From assembly GCA_964517975.1 (NCBI GenBank), contig CAZFDM010000242.1:143-64142 (forward strand): a stretch of DNA of 64,000 bases. The letters are read 5' to 3'. Below the pieces are notes generated by a model, which made no database searches, was not told where the DNA came from, and saw only the letters and a program-made list of their open reading frames with translations. Origin of the DNA: an uncultured Syntrophaceae bacterium. GTDB taxonomy: Bacteria; Desulfobacterota; BSN033; UBA1163. This document shows, piece by piece, positions 1-9,824 of the stretch. Both the position numbers and the translations under genes were made by a program. Numbering within the stretch: position 1 is the stretch's first letter; every line of letters starts with the position of its first letter.

Positions 1-12
1 CCATAGTGGTTC

Positions 13-35
13 AAGACCATAATCCGTAATCAAAT
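13..35. repeat. Left terminal inverted repeat of the IS element
   Basis: 23-bp exact match to the reverse complement of 1780-1802. Confidence 0.7.
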
Positions 36-278
36 ATTTGAACTCTGGGGATGAAGTTCATTTTAAAGGTAATTGAGTGGGGGTATTAAGATAAAGGGAG
101 GATATTTACACCAGAGAGGCCTGCCTGCGCAGGCAAGGATCTGACTTGGTCAGAAAAAATGGATGAGAAAGTATAAAAAGTTTGCTAAATGTTTTTCTTT
201 TGAAATTTTTAAGGACACTTTTCCTTTCGACTGTAGTAGGCAGAATTTGTATGGGATGGGTTTGGATGAAAAAGGCAC

Positions 279-1721
279 TCAGGCGGAAGAGAAGAGGAGG
301 AGTTTTTGTCGAGCTTCCTTATAGATCAGGAAATGGGGATGATTCTGGGTGATCTTGAGAAAGAGTTTTCGGGCGTGTTCAACGACTCTTCCTGCAAGGT
401 TGAGGAGGTGGAATCTCAGGGCCTTGAGGCGCAGAGGCCACCAGCTCTGGGGCAAGGCTTCTCTTTTGAGGATCGAAAGGAGGTTGTAGGCCAGGGTATT
501 GAGTCTCCACCAGGCCGCATTGACAAAGAAGTATTTCGAGGGCAATACTCCCGCAGCCAGATCATTCTTCATCACATCATGGATCTTTTCAATGGTTCCA
601 CAGCGTTCTCTCTGCCACCGAAGCAATCTCTCCCCATCCCAACTCCACATGTTGGTGACGACCGAAAAATAATGATAAGGATTGCCATCCCGGAAGAGTT
701 CCCCCTGGGAAGGGCGGATTCGGATGGCGAGGTAGCGATCCGGTTTCATCGTCTTTTTCCTGGAAGGTTTGCTGGGAACAAACTCTACCTCTGCCCACTC
801 TTTTCGTCCTTCGATCAACCCTTGATCCGTGATCTTTCGCAGAGGTTTCCAGGCCTCCTCAGGAAGGGCTTCAATGGCTGCCCTAAGCTCCTCAGTCATC
901 TCAGCACTAATGGCATATTCGATTCGGGGCCTTTCAGAAATCTCTTGACGACACCAATCCAGAAACTCATGGACATAGGCTGCGGAGTCCGAACGAAATC
1001 TGACCAGACGAACAGTGGGAGGAAGAGCAGCAATGGCCTCCTTGGCTACTCTCAAGATATCCATCCGAGCCGGAACATTGCCATCCCGAAACTCATCAGC
1101 CACAATCAAATCCTGCTCCACCCAATAAGCGGTCATAGGCTGATAACCCTTCTCTCCAAGATAAGTGAAAAAGGCCTCCTCCTTCTGGGATGGGATGATC
1201 ACCGCATCCAGATCAATCGTGGCCTTCCAGGGGCCTTCCTTTCGAGTCGCCTTCCGAATCAAATCCTTTTGAACCTCTCTAAGCCCCTTCAACTCTGCCG
1301 TCTCCTCAGGAATAAAGGCCTTCTCAGGAAGTCTCCCCGAAAGGAGCTTCTCATCATGAAAGGCATGGAGAAACCAACGGGCAGCCTCTGGAGAGGGAAC
1401 GTGCAACCCCAACTTCTTCAACCCCTCATCTTCTCTGAGAAGATCCAAATCCTCCACACACTCTCCTCCCGAAGCAAAAAGGGAGATAAAAGATTCAATA
1501 TAGTCAGCTTCCTGATATTTTCCTTCCTTCTGAAGAATACAGAGATGCTTCTTTATCGATTGAGGAAGGCCCAAAGCCCGAAAAGTCTCCATCACCAATG
1601 GAAGACCCGCAAAGGAGGTAAGAAGTGATTTGGATGAATTCTCAATTAACTGGAAAGGAAGAATCCCTTGTGCTATACTCATCTTACACCTCCTGGGTGA
1701 AAAGCCGGTTGTTGCACCCAA
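279..1721 (-). CDS. DDE-type transposase (IS4/IS1380-like family)
   Basis: 480-aa ORF flanked by terminal inverted repeats; the overlapping 440-aa plus-strand ORF is an antisense shadow. Confidence 0.75.
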   Translation of the reverse strand: MGATTGFSPRRCKMSIAQGILPFQLIENSSKSLLTSFAGLPLVMETFRALGLPQSIKKHLCILQKEGKYQEADYIESFISLFASGGECVEDLDLLREDEGLKKLGLHVPSPEAARWFLHAFHDEKLLSGRLPEKAFIPEETAELKGLREVQKDLIRKATRKEGPWKATIDLDAVIIPSQKEEAFFTYLGEKGYQPMTAYWVEQDLIVADEFRDGNVPARMDILRVAKEAIAALPPTVRLVRFRSDSAAYVHEFLDWCRQEISERPRIEYAISAEMTEELRAAIEALPEEAWKPLRKITDQGLIEGRKEWAEVEFVPSKPSRKKTMKPDRYLAIRIRPSQGELFRDGNPYHYFSVVTNMWSWDGERLLRWQRERCGTIEKIHDVMKNDLAAGVLPSKYFFVNAAWWRLNTLAYNLLSILKREALPQSWWPLRLKALRFHLLNLAGRVVEHARKLFLKITQNHPHFLIYKEARQKLLLFSSA

Positions 1722-1779
1722 CCGCTCTTCACGTAGTATTTATGCTAATCCTAGGAGGTGTTTTTGTTTTTTTCAAGAG

Positions 1780-1802
1780 ATTTGATTACGGATTATGGTC
1801 TT
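1780..1802. repeat. Right terminal inverted repeat of the IS element
   Basis: Reverse complement of 13-35. Confidence 0.7.
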
Positions 1803-1944
1803 TTCTTCTCAAGTTCCCTTCCTTGCTCCTCCGATCCATCTCTTTTCCCATTCCAAAATAGATTTTTTCCCATCTTCTGGAATTACTTTTCAGATATTAA
1901 GGTAAAGGGTTAAATAAACTCCTTTAGAGTAAATCCACTCAAGA

Positions 1945-2355
1945 TTAATAACAGGGCCTAAATTTTGGTAAACTAAACTCCTCGGTGATGTCCTCCCATG
2001 TTACCTCTACGGGCATCTCACATGTGACCTCATCAGGCTGGCAACCCACGATGTTTGTGAGAAGGCGGGGTCCTTCTTCCAATTTCACAATGGCCACCAC
2101 ATAGGGAAGCTCATTCTCAAATCCGGGGTGATAGGCAACATGATACACTGCATAGGTATAAACACGGCCTTTTCCTTCTGAGACGATCCATTCCGTCTCC
2201 CTCGAAAAACATAGAGGGCAAAAGAGAGAAGCGGGCCAGCGGACATGGCCGCACGATTGACATCTCTGAAATCTCAATTGATGGACTTTGCAGCCAGCCC
2301 AAAAATCTTTATTGTCATCATTTACATTGGGAAGCGGTTTGTTATATTTACTCAT
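1945..2355 (-). CDS. DUF35 family Zn-ribbon/OB-fold protein, the usual partner of SCP2-type thiolases
   Basis: CxxC...CxxC zinc-ribbon (RCQSCGHVRWPASLFCPLC) followed by an OB-fold-like C-terminus; immediately downstream of the thiolase gene. Confidence 0.75.
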   Translation of the reverse strand: MSKYNKPLPNVNDDNKDFWAGCKVHQLRFQRCQSCGHVRWPASLFCPLCFSRETEWIVSEGKGRVYTYAVYHVAYHPGFENELPYVVAIVKLEEGPRLLTNIVGCQPDEVTCEMPVEVTWEDITEEFSLPKFRPCY

Positions 2356-3519
2356 TTACGACCTCCTGAGGATAATACAGCTATGGGTTTGAAGGATTCC
2401 CCCATTATCACTGCAAAGAATGATCTCTGGAGTCTTTGTTTTTGTGGGTGGTCCAAGTTGTCTCTCGCCACATCGACCCATTAACTGCATCGCTCCTTCG
2501 GATAGTGGAGTAAGACCCATATAGTAGGCTTCGGAGAGTAGACCCCCAGAGGTATTGACCGGCATTCTTCCGCCAGGTTCGATGGTGCCGTTTTTGAACC
2601 AATCTTCACCCTCGCCCGGCTCAAAAAAACCATAATCCTGCAACGTGATTTCAACGGTGTAAGTAAAGCAGTCATAGATCTCACAGGCATCGATATCCTT
2701 TAAGGTAATGCCCGCCATCTTTAATGCCATCTCCCCTGCCTTTTTAGCTCCTGTTGGACCAGCCAGGTAGGTGGCCTGGTGGACTTCAGAGGATGGGTTA
2801 TGTTGTCCCATCCCCATGATTAAAACAGGAGGATGTCTCAAATCGCGTGCCCTTTCAGCGGAAGTGATGATGATTGCCCTTCCCCCATCCGTGATCAAAC
2901 AATTATCAAGAAGACGAAAGGGTTCAACAATCCACCTGGCCTTGTAGTACTCTTCAAAGTTCAACGGGCGGTTATACATGGTGGCGGCGGGGTTAAGATT
3001 AGCCCATTTTCTCTGTCCCACAGCGATATGTTTCCAAGTCTCTGGACCTGTTTGGAAGGTATGCATGGCTCTTCGCGCAGCCAATGCATAACCCCCAACG
3101 GCTCCGAAATGGCCAAATACCGCATCATCGGCAGTCATTTCCAAAAGCATCCGCTTCATGCTATCACTCGAAGAGGCATTATGGCCATAGGATAAAAGGA
3201 CATACTTGCAAAGACCTGCCTCGAGCACGCCAACTGCGTGCTGAAGGTGGCTTCTGGATCAATTAGCATCCTGGCTCATATAGGTCGGAGAAAGTCCCAG
3301 ATACTGAGCCACCAAATAAGGAGTGACAAGGGCCTCATTGGATCCAGGGGGAAACACCCGATAGCAGATGAGCCCGTCAATCTCTTCTCTTCGGAGACCC
3401 GCATCAGCGATGGCATTGACGCACGCCTCCAGATGAAAACTCAGCGAGGTTCGACCGGGAACATGCCCCTGAGGGGTATAGCCTATTCCGACAATGGCAT
3501 ACTTATCCCTTAAGCTCAT
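2356..3519 (-). CDS. SCP2/archaeal-type thiolase with an in-frame TGA (3259-3261) at the catalytic nucleophile position; putative selenocysteine thiolase
   Basis: ORFs 3259..3561 and 2356..3228 are in the same frame, separated only by TGA. The context N-[TGA]-SRSHLQHAVGVLEAGLCKYVLL aligns with the thiolase C-x-S-G...A-I...G..DVVL active-site block. Start at M(SLRDKY) 3519 has a GGAGGAG RBS. Total 387 aa with U87. Confidence 0.6.
3224..3242 (-). promoter_or_regulatory. Candidate bacterial SECIS hairpin 16 nt downstream of the thiolase UGA
   Basis: mRNA AGCACGC-AGUUG-GCGUGCU: 7-bp stem with GUU in the apical loop. Similar GGU/GUU-loop hairpins follow the UGA of grdB (61342-61356) and prx. Confidence 0.45.
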
Positions 3520-3554
3520 TGAAACTCCTCCATTAACATAATAAGTATTACCTT

Positions 3555-4844
3555 TTAACATCGCGAATGTTTAACAACAAATTCAAGGGTCCCAGCTCGT
3601 TCCATCAGGGTGGGGATATGAACAAAGGTTGAACAATTATCCCTAAATGTTTCAAATTGAACCTCCTTACCATGGACAATGGTGCTTTTGATCGTAGTCT
3701 GTCGCATCCGCAAGCAAAGAGCAAATTCCATAGGAAGGTCCCACCCAAAATATCGAACTCTTGCGATGGTTGTTTCAGGATCCAACATTTCACGTTGGGG
3801 AAGATTAAAATTATTTCTTTCATTCCATATTCTGATTCTTGACGCCCGACGTTCCTTTATATTTATCCCTAAGGGTCTGATAGAAATGCGGAAATCGCCA
3901 TGAAGGATATTGGTAGGATAACCTTTATCTTTCTCCCAGGGTAATCGGGTGCATCCTATTTTTAAAAGAGCTTTGCAAGGTGCCAAACCACTCAAAGCAA
4001 TATCATCAGCCCGTGATAATACATAGTGATTAGTCTCGATCCCAAAGACCAATGTATGCCACTTCAGGTAAGCAGGCCCACATGTATAATTCGTATAATG
4101 ATCTTCTTCAGGAATATAATAATGATCATAGAAATCCTGCATGTGGAGCAAGAACACCTTCTCTTTTAAATATGTCCAGGGCATATGTCCTATCTCTGTG
4201 TCACCGAAGTAATAGGTAGCCAAATCCTCAAGCGTATGAATTTCATAAGGCCAACCTTCCAACTCTGCAGCCTTCTGTATTTCTCGTGCAACACATTGAT
4301 GAATCTGTTCATCTACGGCCCACTTAGCGGGATTGGCCGGGATGATCACCTCCATATCCCCTCGATCATATTTTGAGCCTGAAGTTTTGCCGAGGCTGTG
4401 AAAATCTATCATCATATCGGGCGGGAATGATTTAAAAAGTCCTCCCAAAACGAGACGTTCAGTCTTTGTAAGACTCGTCATCGAAGATCGAAACTCATTC
4501 GAAACAAATCCTTCCGGATTCACGACAGGTATGATGATGACAAGTTGTGTCTTTCTTATCTCCTCTGCATCATCCTTAGATAAGTATTGAATGACCTCAG
4601 GTCCCACCACACGGGTTCCTAACTCCTGGCCGTGCCTTCCTAAAGTAATCACAGCAATCTGCTTATCATCATTGGAAATGTCCTTATCTGTGATAAAGAC
4701 CGCTCGAATCTCCCAACCATCAGGAGACCGACCAATGACTTCTTTGTGCGCAATATTTCTATTTTGGGCAACCCAATCATCCAACCACTGATAGATTTCT
4801 CTCAACCCTTCTTCTCCCATTGGAATATGATCAAATGCTGCCAT
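3555..4844 (-). CDS. M14-family zinc carboxypeptidase-like protein
   Basis: HGQE (HxxE) zinc motif, VVNPEGF motif, ~430 aa. Confidence 0.5.
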   Translation of the reverse strand: MAAFDHIPMGEEGLREIYQWLDDWVAQNRNIAHKEVIGRSPDGWEIRAVFITDKDISNDDKQIAVITLGRHGQELGTRVVGPEVIQYLSKDDAEEIRKTQLVIIIPVVNPEGFVSNEFRSSMTSLTKTERLVLGGLFKSFPPDMMIDFHSLGKTSGSKYDRGDMEVIIPANPAKWAVDEQIHQCVAREIQKAAELEGWPYEIHTLEDLATYYFGDTEIGHMPWTYLKEKVFLLHMQDFYDHYYIPEEDHYTNYTCGPAYLKWHTLVFGIETNHYVLSRADDIALSGLAPCKALLKIGCTRLPWEKDKGYPTNILHGDFRISIRPLGINIKERRASRIRIWNERNNFNLPQREMLDPETTIARVRYFGWDLPMEFALCLRMRQTTIKSTIVHGKEVQFETFRDNCSTFVHIPTLMERAGTLEFVVKHSRC

Positions 4845-4899
4845 TTCTATCCTCTCTTTCTAAAATGGCTATTCTTTTGTTTAATGGCTTCGTCACTAT

Positions 4900-5676
4900 C
4901 TATTTCCCTTTCCAAATGGGTTTTCTTTTTTCCATAAAGGCATGGATCCCTTCGTGGGCGTCCTCACTAGTGGACAACCTGGTCATAATCTCACTATTGA
5001 GAATAAATCTCTGACGGAAGGGCATATCGATCATCTGGTAATAGAAATTCTTCCCCATCCGGATGGCCACAGGGCTTTTATCAATTAGTTTTTGAGCAAA
5101 GGCGATGGTTTCCTCCTCTAACTTTTCTGCCGGAACCACTTTATTAACCAGACCCAATCGCTCCGCTTCTTTCGCATCAATCATATCACCACTCAAAAGC
5201 ATCTCCAGAGTCTTTTTCTTGCCAAGGCCATAACTTATCGGGATGATAGGCCCCGTGCAGAGCAATCCAACGTTAATAGCCGTTGTCCCAAGTTTAGCGT
5301 CTTCAGCCATAATGGCAAAGTCCGCAGCGGCCACCAGTCCCGCGCCATTTGCCACTGCATATCCATGGACCATAGCAATCACCGGTTTCTCCATAGAAGC
5401 AATGGTAAAGTGCATCTGGTCCATAAGGGTAAACCATCGATGGTACTCTAACGATGTCTTTCCGTGAAACTCACTTACATCGATCCCCGTTGAAAAGACC
5501 TTACCTGCTCCTTTGATAATGACGACTCGAACCTCTCCGTCTTCATCCAATTGGCGCAATCCAGTATTCAGTTCCTCGGCCAATCGAGTATTGAAGGTAT
5601 TAAACTTTTGTGGTCGATTTAATGTAATGATCCCGATCTTTTCTTTTTTATCTACTAAAATGGTCTCAAAAGACAT
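4900..5676 (-). CDS. Enoyl-CoA hydratase/isomerase (crotonase family)
   Basis: Crotonase-fold motifs (IIKGAGKVFSTGIDV, oxyanion-hole Gly residues), 258 aa. Confidence 0.85.
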   Translation of the reverse strand: MSFETILVDKKEKIGIITLNRPQKFNTFNTRLAEELNTGLRQLDEDGEVRVVIIKGAGKVFSTGIDVSEFHGKTSLEYHRWFTLMDQMHFTIASMEKPVIAMVHGYAVANGAGLVAAADFAIMAEDAKLGTTAINVGLLCTGPIIPISYGLGKKKTLEMLLSGDMIDAKEAERLGLVNKVVPAEKLEEETIAFAQKLIDKSPVAIRMGKNFYYQMIDMPFRQRFILNSEIMTRLSTSEDAHEGIHAFMEKRKPIWKGK

Positions 5677-5804
5677 ATAAACCTCCTTTCCGATTCTCGA
5701 TTAGAAATTGCTTAACTTTTTTGCCTTTTCCTTTTGACATCCTCTTTTTTTTTTGCTAACTTTAATATTGAAGAAATCCTCAAACATGAAAGGGGAGAAA
5801 TATT

Positions 5805-6008
5805 ATGCACAAGATTATCGAAGCAATATATGAAAATGGTGTTTTAAAGCCATTAACAGCACTGGAATTAAAGGAGCATGAAAAAGTTGAAATCATCATT
5901 AAAGAAAAAACCAGTCCGGCAAAGATGAGCCAGGGAATTGTTAAAGGAAATCCTAAAGTCATCGAGGATGTTGCCCTAAACCCCCAATACAGTTGTCTGG
6001 AGGAATAA
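5805..6008 (+). CDS. DUF104-type antitoxin
   Basis: 67 aa, MHKIIEAIYENGVLKPL N-terminus typical of AF2212/DUF104 antitoxins; directly upstream of the PIN gene. Confidence 0.5.
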   Translation: MHKIIEAIYENGVLKPLTALELKEHEKVEIIIKEKTSPAKMSQGIVKGNPKVIEDVALNPQYSCLEE

Positions 6009-6509
6009 TTGATTTTGTCAGAGATCGTAGATAATGCAGAAGTATTTATAGATTCAAATATTTTCATTTATCATTTCTCAAGATTTGAAAAGTTTGCAGA
6101 TGCTTGCTTTCATTTTTTTCAAAGAATCGAAGAGGGTAGCATCAGCGGTTATACCTCCGTACTTGTTCTCGCTGAAGTCCTCCACCGGTTAATGATAATT
6201 GAAGCTTCAGAAAAGTTTGGGTTTTTACCTAAAGAGGTTACAAAATATCTTAAAGCGAATCCTGACAAAATAGCCTCTCTCACTGACCATCTTGATTCAA
6301 TTTCTTATATTGATAAACTTGGCATCTCCATCCTAACAGTGAGCCTCAAAGACATTAAGTTGAGTTCTGAATTTAAAAGGAAATTTATGCTATTTACTAA
6401 TGATGCCATAAATCTTGCTATAATGAAAAATAACAACATTGCTCATCTTGCCTCTAATGACAGTGACTTTGAGAAGGTTGACTTCCTAACCCTATATAAA
6501 CCGCAATAA
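6009..6509 (+). CDS. PIN-domain toxin (VapC-like)
   Basis: FIDSNIFIY acidic-residue PIN signature, 166 aa, directly follows the antitoxin; the only plus-strand gene pair in the window. Confidence 0.65.
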   Translation: MILSEIVDNAEVFIDSNIFIYHFSRFEKFADACFHFFQRIEEGSISGYTSVLVLAEVLHRLMIIEASEKFGFLPKEVTKYLKANPDKIASLTDHLDSISYIDKLGISILTVSLKDIKLSSEFKRKFMLFTNDAINLAIMKNNNIAHLASNDSDFEKVDFLTLYKPQ

Positions 6510-6522
6510 AAACTCATCCTGT

Positions 6523-7545
6523 TTATCCCTTCCCAAAAGGACACACTGGAAAATGACAGGGGTCACAATTTTGGCAAAATCCTCCATGGCCCAGTAGACC
6601 AATTTCTTTTCGAGTGGGCATTTCACCAGCCAATATTCTTGGGAAGATTATATCAAATAATGTCGTCTTATGATGAAATACACAGGCCGGAAGACCCAAT
6701 ATTGGTTTACCCTCAAAGATTCCATAAAGAAACATTGCCCCTGGAAGAACTGGGGTGCCATAAAAAATTATCTTTACACCTGCTTTTTTGATTCCTGCCC
6801 GGGTCACATCATCAGGGTCAACAGAGAGCCCTCCTGTGACCAAGGCGAGATCGATAGTGGAATCTTTGAATTTCAATAGGGCTTGTGAAATCTTATAGAT
6901 GTCATCTGGGACTACGATTTTTTTCACCACCTTTGAGCCATAATTTGAGATCTTTTTGCCGATATTATCGTCAAATCCGTTTTTGATTCTACCATAAAAG
7001 ATTTCATTTCCTGTGATGATCACTCCAACATTGAGTCTCCGATAAGGAAGAACTTCAATGACAGGCCCATATTTTTCACACCAATTTTCAACCTTTTCAA
7101 TCTCAACTTCTGGAGCAGTAAGAGAAATAATTCGGGTTGCCCCAACAGCCATCCCTGAAGAGCAGGGAGTATATCGATGGAGGGTTGAGAGAATGATATT
7201 TTTCGAAAGGTTAATTCGATGAAGAAGCGACAGGTTGATTTTTAAAACTCCGTTGATCTGTGAATAGAAGGTAACTTTCCCTTCAGAAGGTCCAGTGATT
7301 GTGATGTTCCTTCCAGAGAAAGCCTTCCCCAATCGAATCGCTGCATCATCCTCGTGGAGGGTTCCTGGTTTGAGATCCATCACATAGATATGTTCTTTGC
7401 CAACCTTTAAGAATTCAGGGATATCTTCTTTTTTTATTCTGTGGCCTCTTTTGAATCGAGCCCCCTTATATTTCCCAGGAATAATCTGGGTCACATCGTG
7501 ACCAAGGACCATGCCAATAGCATCTTCTATTTTGATCTTTTTCAT
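6523..7545 (-). CDS. Molybdopterin-binding (MoCF-biosynthesis, MogA/MoeA-like) domain protein with a Cys-rich C-terminus
   Basis: LVTGGLSVDPDDVT matches the GGTG..D.T motif; C-terminal CQNCDPCHFPVCPFG. Confidence 0.45.
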   Translation of the reverse strand: MKKIKIEDAIGMVLGHDVTQIIPGKYKGARFKRGHRIKKEDIPEFLKVGKEHIYVMDLKPGTLHEDDAAIRLGKAFSGRNITITGPSEGKVTFYSQINGVLKINLSLLHRINLSKNIILSTLHRYTPCSSGMAVGATRIISLTAPEVEIEKVENWCEKYGPVIEVLPYRRLNVGVIITGNEIFYGRIKNGFDDNIGKKISNYGSKVVKKIVVPDDIYKISQALLKFKDSTIDLALVTGGLSVDPDDVTRAGIKKAGVKIIFYGTPVLPGAMFLYGIFEGKPILGLPACVFHHKTTLFDIIFPRILAGEMPTRKEIGLLGHGGFCQNCDPCHFPVCPFGKG

Positions 7546-7601
7546 TTAATATCCCTTCATTTTTACCTTCTCCCCAAGGAATGAATATAAAATGAGGAGG
7601 G

Positions 7602-7904
7602 TTAAATATCTGTGGCAACTAAATCAGTTAAATCTCTTTCCTTTAAAATGCTCCTCTTCCATTTTTCAATCGATGGGATGATATAAGGCAAAAGCCTCAT
7701 GGAATAGTAAGGAGGGAGCAAGGGTAATCCCACGAGATCCCCAAACACTACCAGCATAAAAAGGTGGTCTAAACTGGCTCTCTCCTTTCTCAATTCGAGA
7801 TCCATCTCGTGGACCGTCATTCCGTAGAGAATCTCCCTTAAAATTTTTGGAGATCTTTTCAACCGATCCATTAGAAATAAAAGAAATCCTTTTCGATAAA
7901 TCAT
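7602..7904 (-). CDS. Hypothetical protein downstream of feoB
   Basis: 100-aa ORF, no recognisable motif. Confidence 0.25.
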   Translation of the reverse strand: MIYRKGFLLFLMDRLKRSPKILREILYGMTVHEMDLELRKERASLDHLFMLVVFGDLVGLPLLPPYYSMRLLPYIIPSIEKWKRSILKERDLTDLVATDI

Positions 7905-7910
7905 TTCTAA

Positions 7911-9824
7911 TCACCAAATAAATACCCCTAAAAAGAGTCGAGTGATGAAGGCTAAGAGAATGGCCACAGAAAGAGTAAAAAGGATTGCCAGAAAAGCACC
8001 TTTCTTCCCGATCTCTTTCCAAAGGGCTGCAATCGTAGCCAAACAGGGAATATAGAAAGTAACAAAGATAGTAAAGACCATGATTTGAGTTTTTGTCATT
8101 ACTGTAAGAACCTGGGTGGTTCCTAAAGCCTGGGTCAGCATGATCATGGACAGTTCTTTTCTTAAGAGACCAAAGATGAGGGTCGTCCCCACAGAAACCG
8201 GCAGGCCAAGAATGCGGGTAAGAGGAGATAAAAACCAGTTAATATTTTTTTCAACGCCTCCATACTCCATCAGGGCAAGCAGAGCACTTCCGATAATCAG
8301 GAGAGGCCAAGCGATAACGATAAATTCTCTTATTCGATACCAGGATTTCTTTAATATATTTTGAAAAGGGGGGAATTGGTAAACAGGGATTTCGAGAATC
8401 AATCCAAGACTCCCGGGTTCTGGATAGAGAGAAGAGAGAATCTTCCCAGAAATAGCCACCACAAGGAGGTTAAGAGCAAATATTGTCAGAGCAGCATTAG
8501 GGTTGATAAAAAATGCAACCAGGCCGAAGATGATGGTAATTCGAGCAGAACATGGAATCATCGTGGAGAGAATAGAAACAATAAATCTGTGTTGGGGAAA
8601 TTCAAGGATTCGCGTGGCCATCACTGCAGGAACACTGCATCCATATCCGAGAATAAAAGGAATGACCGACTTGCCATGAAGACCGATCCGGTGCATGAAG
8701 ATATCCATCAGAAAAGCCACCCTTGGGAGATATCCAATGTCTTCAAGAATGGAGAGTCCAATGAGGAACGGAACAAGGTAAGGAAGGACGATAGCGATTC
8801 CTCCTGCAATTCCTTGAAGGACTCCCTTTAAGAGGAAGAAAGATAAACTTCCTTTTCCCCAAAAAATCTCGAGCCCTTCTATCCATCGCTCAAAGAACTC
8901 CATCAGGGGCTTTTCTATGTAACCTCCTATTCCAAAGATGAAGTTGAAGAAACCATAAAAAACCAAAGCCAGAATTACATATCCAAAGAATTTATGCATC
9001 ACTATCTGATCAACATTGCTGCGGATATCTCTTTTAGGAGGGTGGAGAATCGTTGTGACTTGCTCAAAAAGGTTCATAGAGAGGGCATGACGTTCAGAAG
9101 AAATGACCTGGTCAGAAGGAACCCCATGGGCCTGTTCTAATTTCTCCTGAAACGGCCTAATCTGGTCAAAAGAATTTCTGACTTCCTTGATGAAAATGGG
9201 ATCATTTTCGAGAAGTCGAAGGACAAGAAAGCGAGAAGGGACCTTTTCTCGAATTTTTTGTTGATCCGAAATGACGACCAGTTGATCAATGATGTCTTCA
9301 ATGTCTTTGCTGAATTTCAGATTTTTACCTACTCTCTTTTTTTCAAAAACCTCTATCGCCCCATTAAACAACTCTTTGAGCCCCTTTCCCGTTTTTGCAA
9401 TCGTGGGGATCACGGGGATTCCAAGAATTTCTGAAAGTTTCTTCTCATTAATCTGAATTCCCTTTCTCCGAGCCTCATCCATCATATTCAGGCAAAGAAC
9501 CATCGGGACTTCGAGCTCAAGAAGTTGAAGCGTCAGTTCCAAACTTCGACCTAATAGCGAAGCATCGATGACATTAATAATCACATCAACTTCTCCCGAT
9601 AGGAGATGATTTCGAGCCTCCGATTCAGCTGGATCCCCAGAGGTGAGAGAGTAGGTGCCTGGAAGATCGATACAATGGCATGTATGCCCGTTGATATGAA
9701 TATTAGTCTCTGTATATTTTACAGTGGTTCCAGGGAAGTTGGAGGTAATGGCCTGATAACCTGCAATATGATTGAAAATCGTACTTTTCCCACAATTTGG
9801 CTGGCCACCAAGAGCAATTCTCAT
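7911..9824 (-). CDS. feoB: Ferrous iron transporter FeoB
   Basis: N-terminal G-domain GGQPNCGKST, polytopic membrane C-terminus, 637 aa. Confidence 0.9.
   Translation of the reverse strand: MRIALGGQPNCGKSTIFNHIAGYQAITSNFPGTTVKYTETNIHINGHTCHCIDLPGTYSLTSGDPAESEARNHLLSGEVDVIINVIDASLLGRSLELTLQLLELEVPMVLCLNMMDEARRKGIQINEKKLSEILGIPVIPTIAKTGKGLKELFNGAIEVFEKKRVGKNLKFSKDIEDIIDQLVVISDQQKIREKVPSRFLVLRLLENDPIFIKEVRNSFDQIRPFQEKLEQAHGVPSDQVISSERHALSMNLFEQVTTILHPPKRDIRSNVDQIVMHKFFGYVILALVFYGFFNFIFGIGGYIEKPLMEFFERWIEGLEIFWGKGSLSFFLLKGVLQGIAGGIAIVLPYLVPFLIGLSILEDIGYLPRVAFLMDIFMHRIGLHGKSVIPFILGYGCSVPAVMATRILEFPQHRFIVSILSTMIPCSARITIIFGLVAFFINPNAALTIFALNLLVVAISGKILSSLYPEPGSLGLILEIPVYQFPPFQNILKKSWYRIREFIVIAWPLLIIGSALLALMEYGGVEKNINWFLSPLTRILGLPVSVGTTLIFGLLRKELSMIMLTQALGTTQVLTVMTKTQIMVFTIFVTFYIPCLATIAALWKEIGKKGAFLAILFTLSVAILLAFITRLFLGVFIW

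Larger units (their letters stand above)
13..1802. mobile_element. Complete IS element carrying one DDE transposase gene, bounded by 23-bp perfect terminal inverted repeats (IS4/IS1380-like)
   Basis: aagaccataatccgtaatcaaat at 13-35 and its exact reverse complement at 1780-1802 flank the 480-aa transposase ORF. Confidence 0.7.

Noticed and set aside
306-1628. 440-aa plus-strand ORF spanning the IS element
   Set aside because: Antisense shadow of the transposase gene: low-complexity composition, no motifs, and no room for two genes inside a 1.8-kb IS.
3259-3261. Thiolase TGA as a simple nonsense mutation (pseudogene)
   Set aside because: Not fully excluded. It is disfavoured because the TGA sits exactly on the catalytic Cys column, both halves remain intact and in frame with a proper RBS, a GUU-loop hairpin follows at the SECIS distance, and four other UGA-Sec genes occur in the same window.
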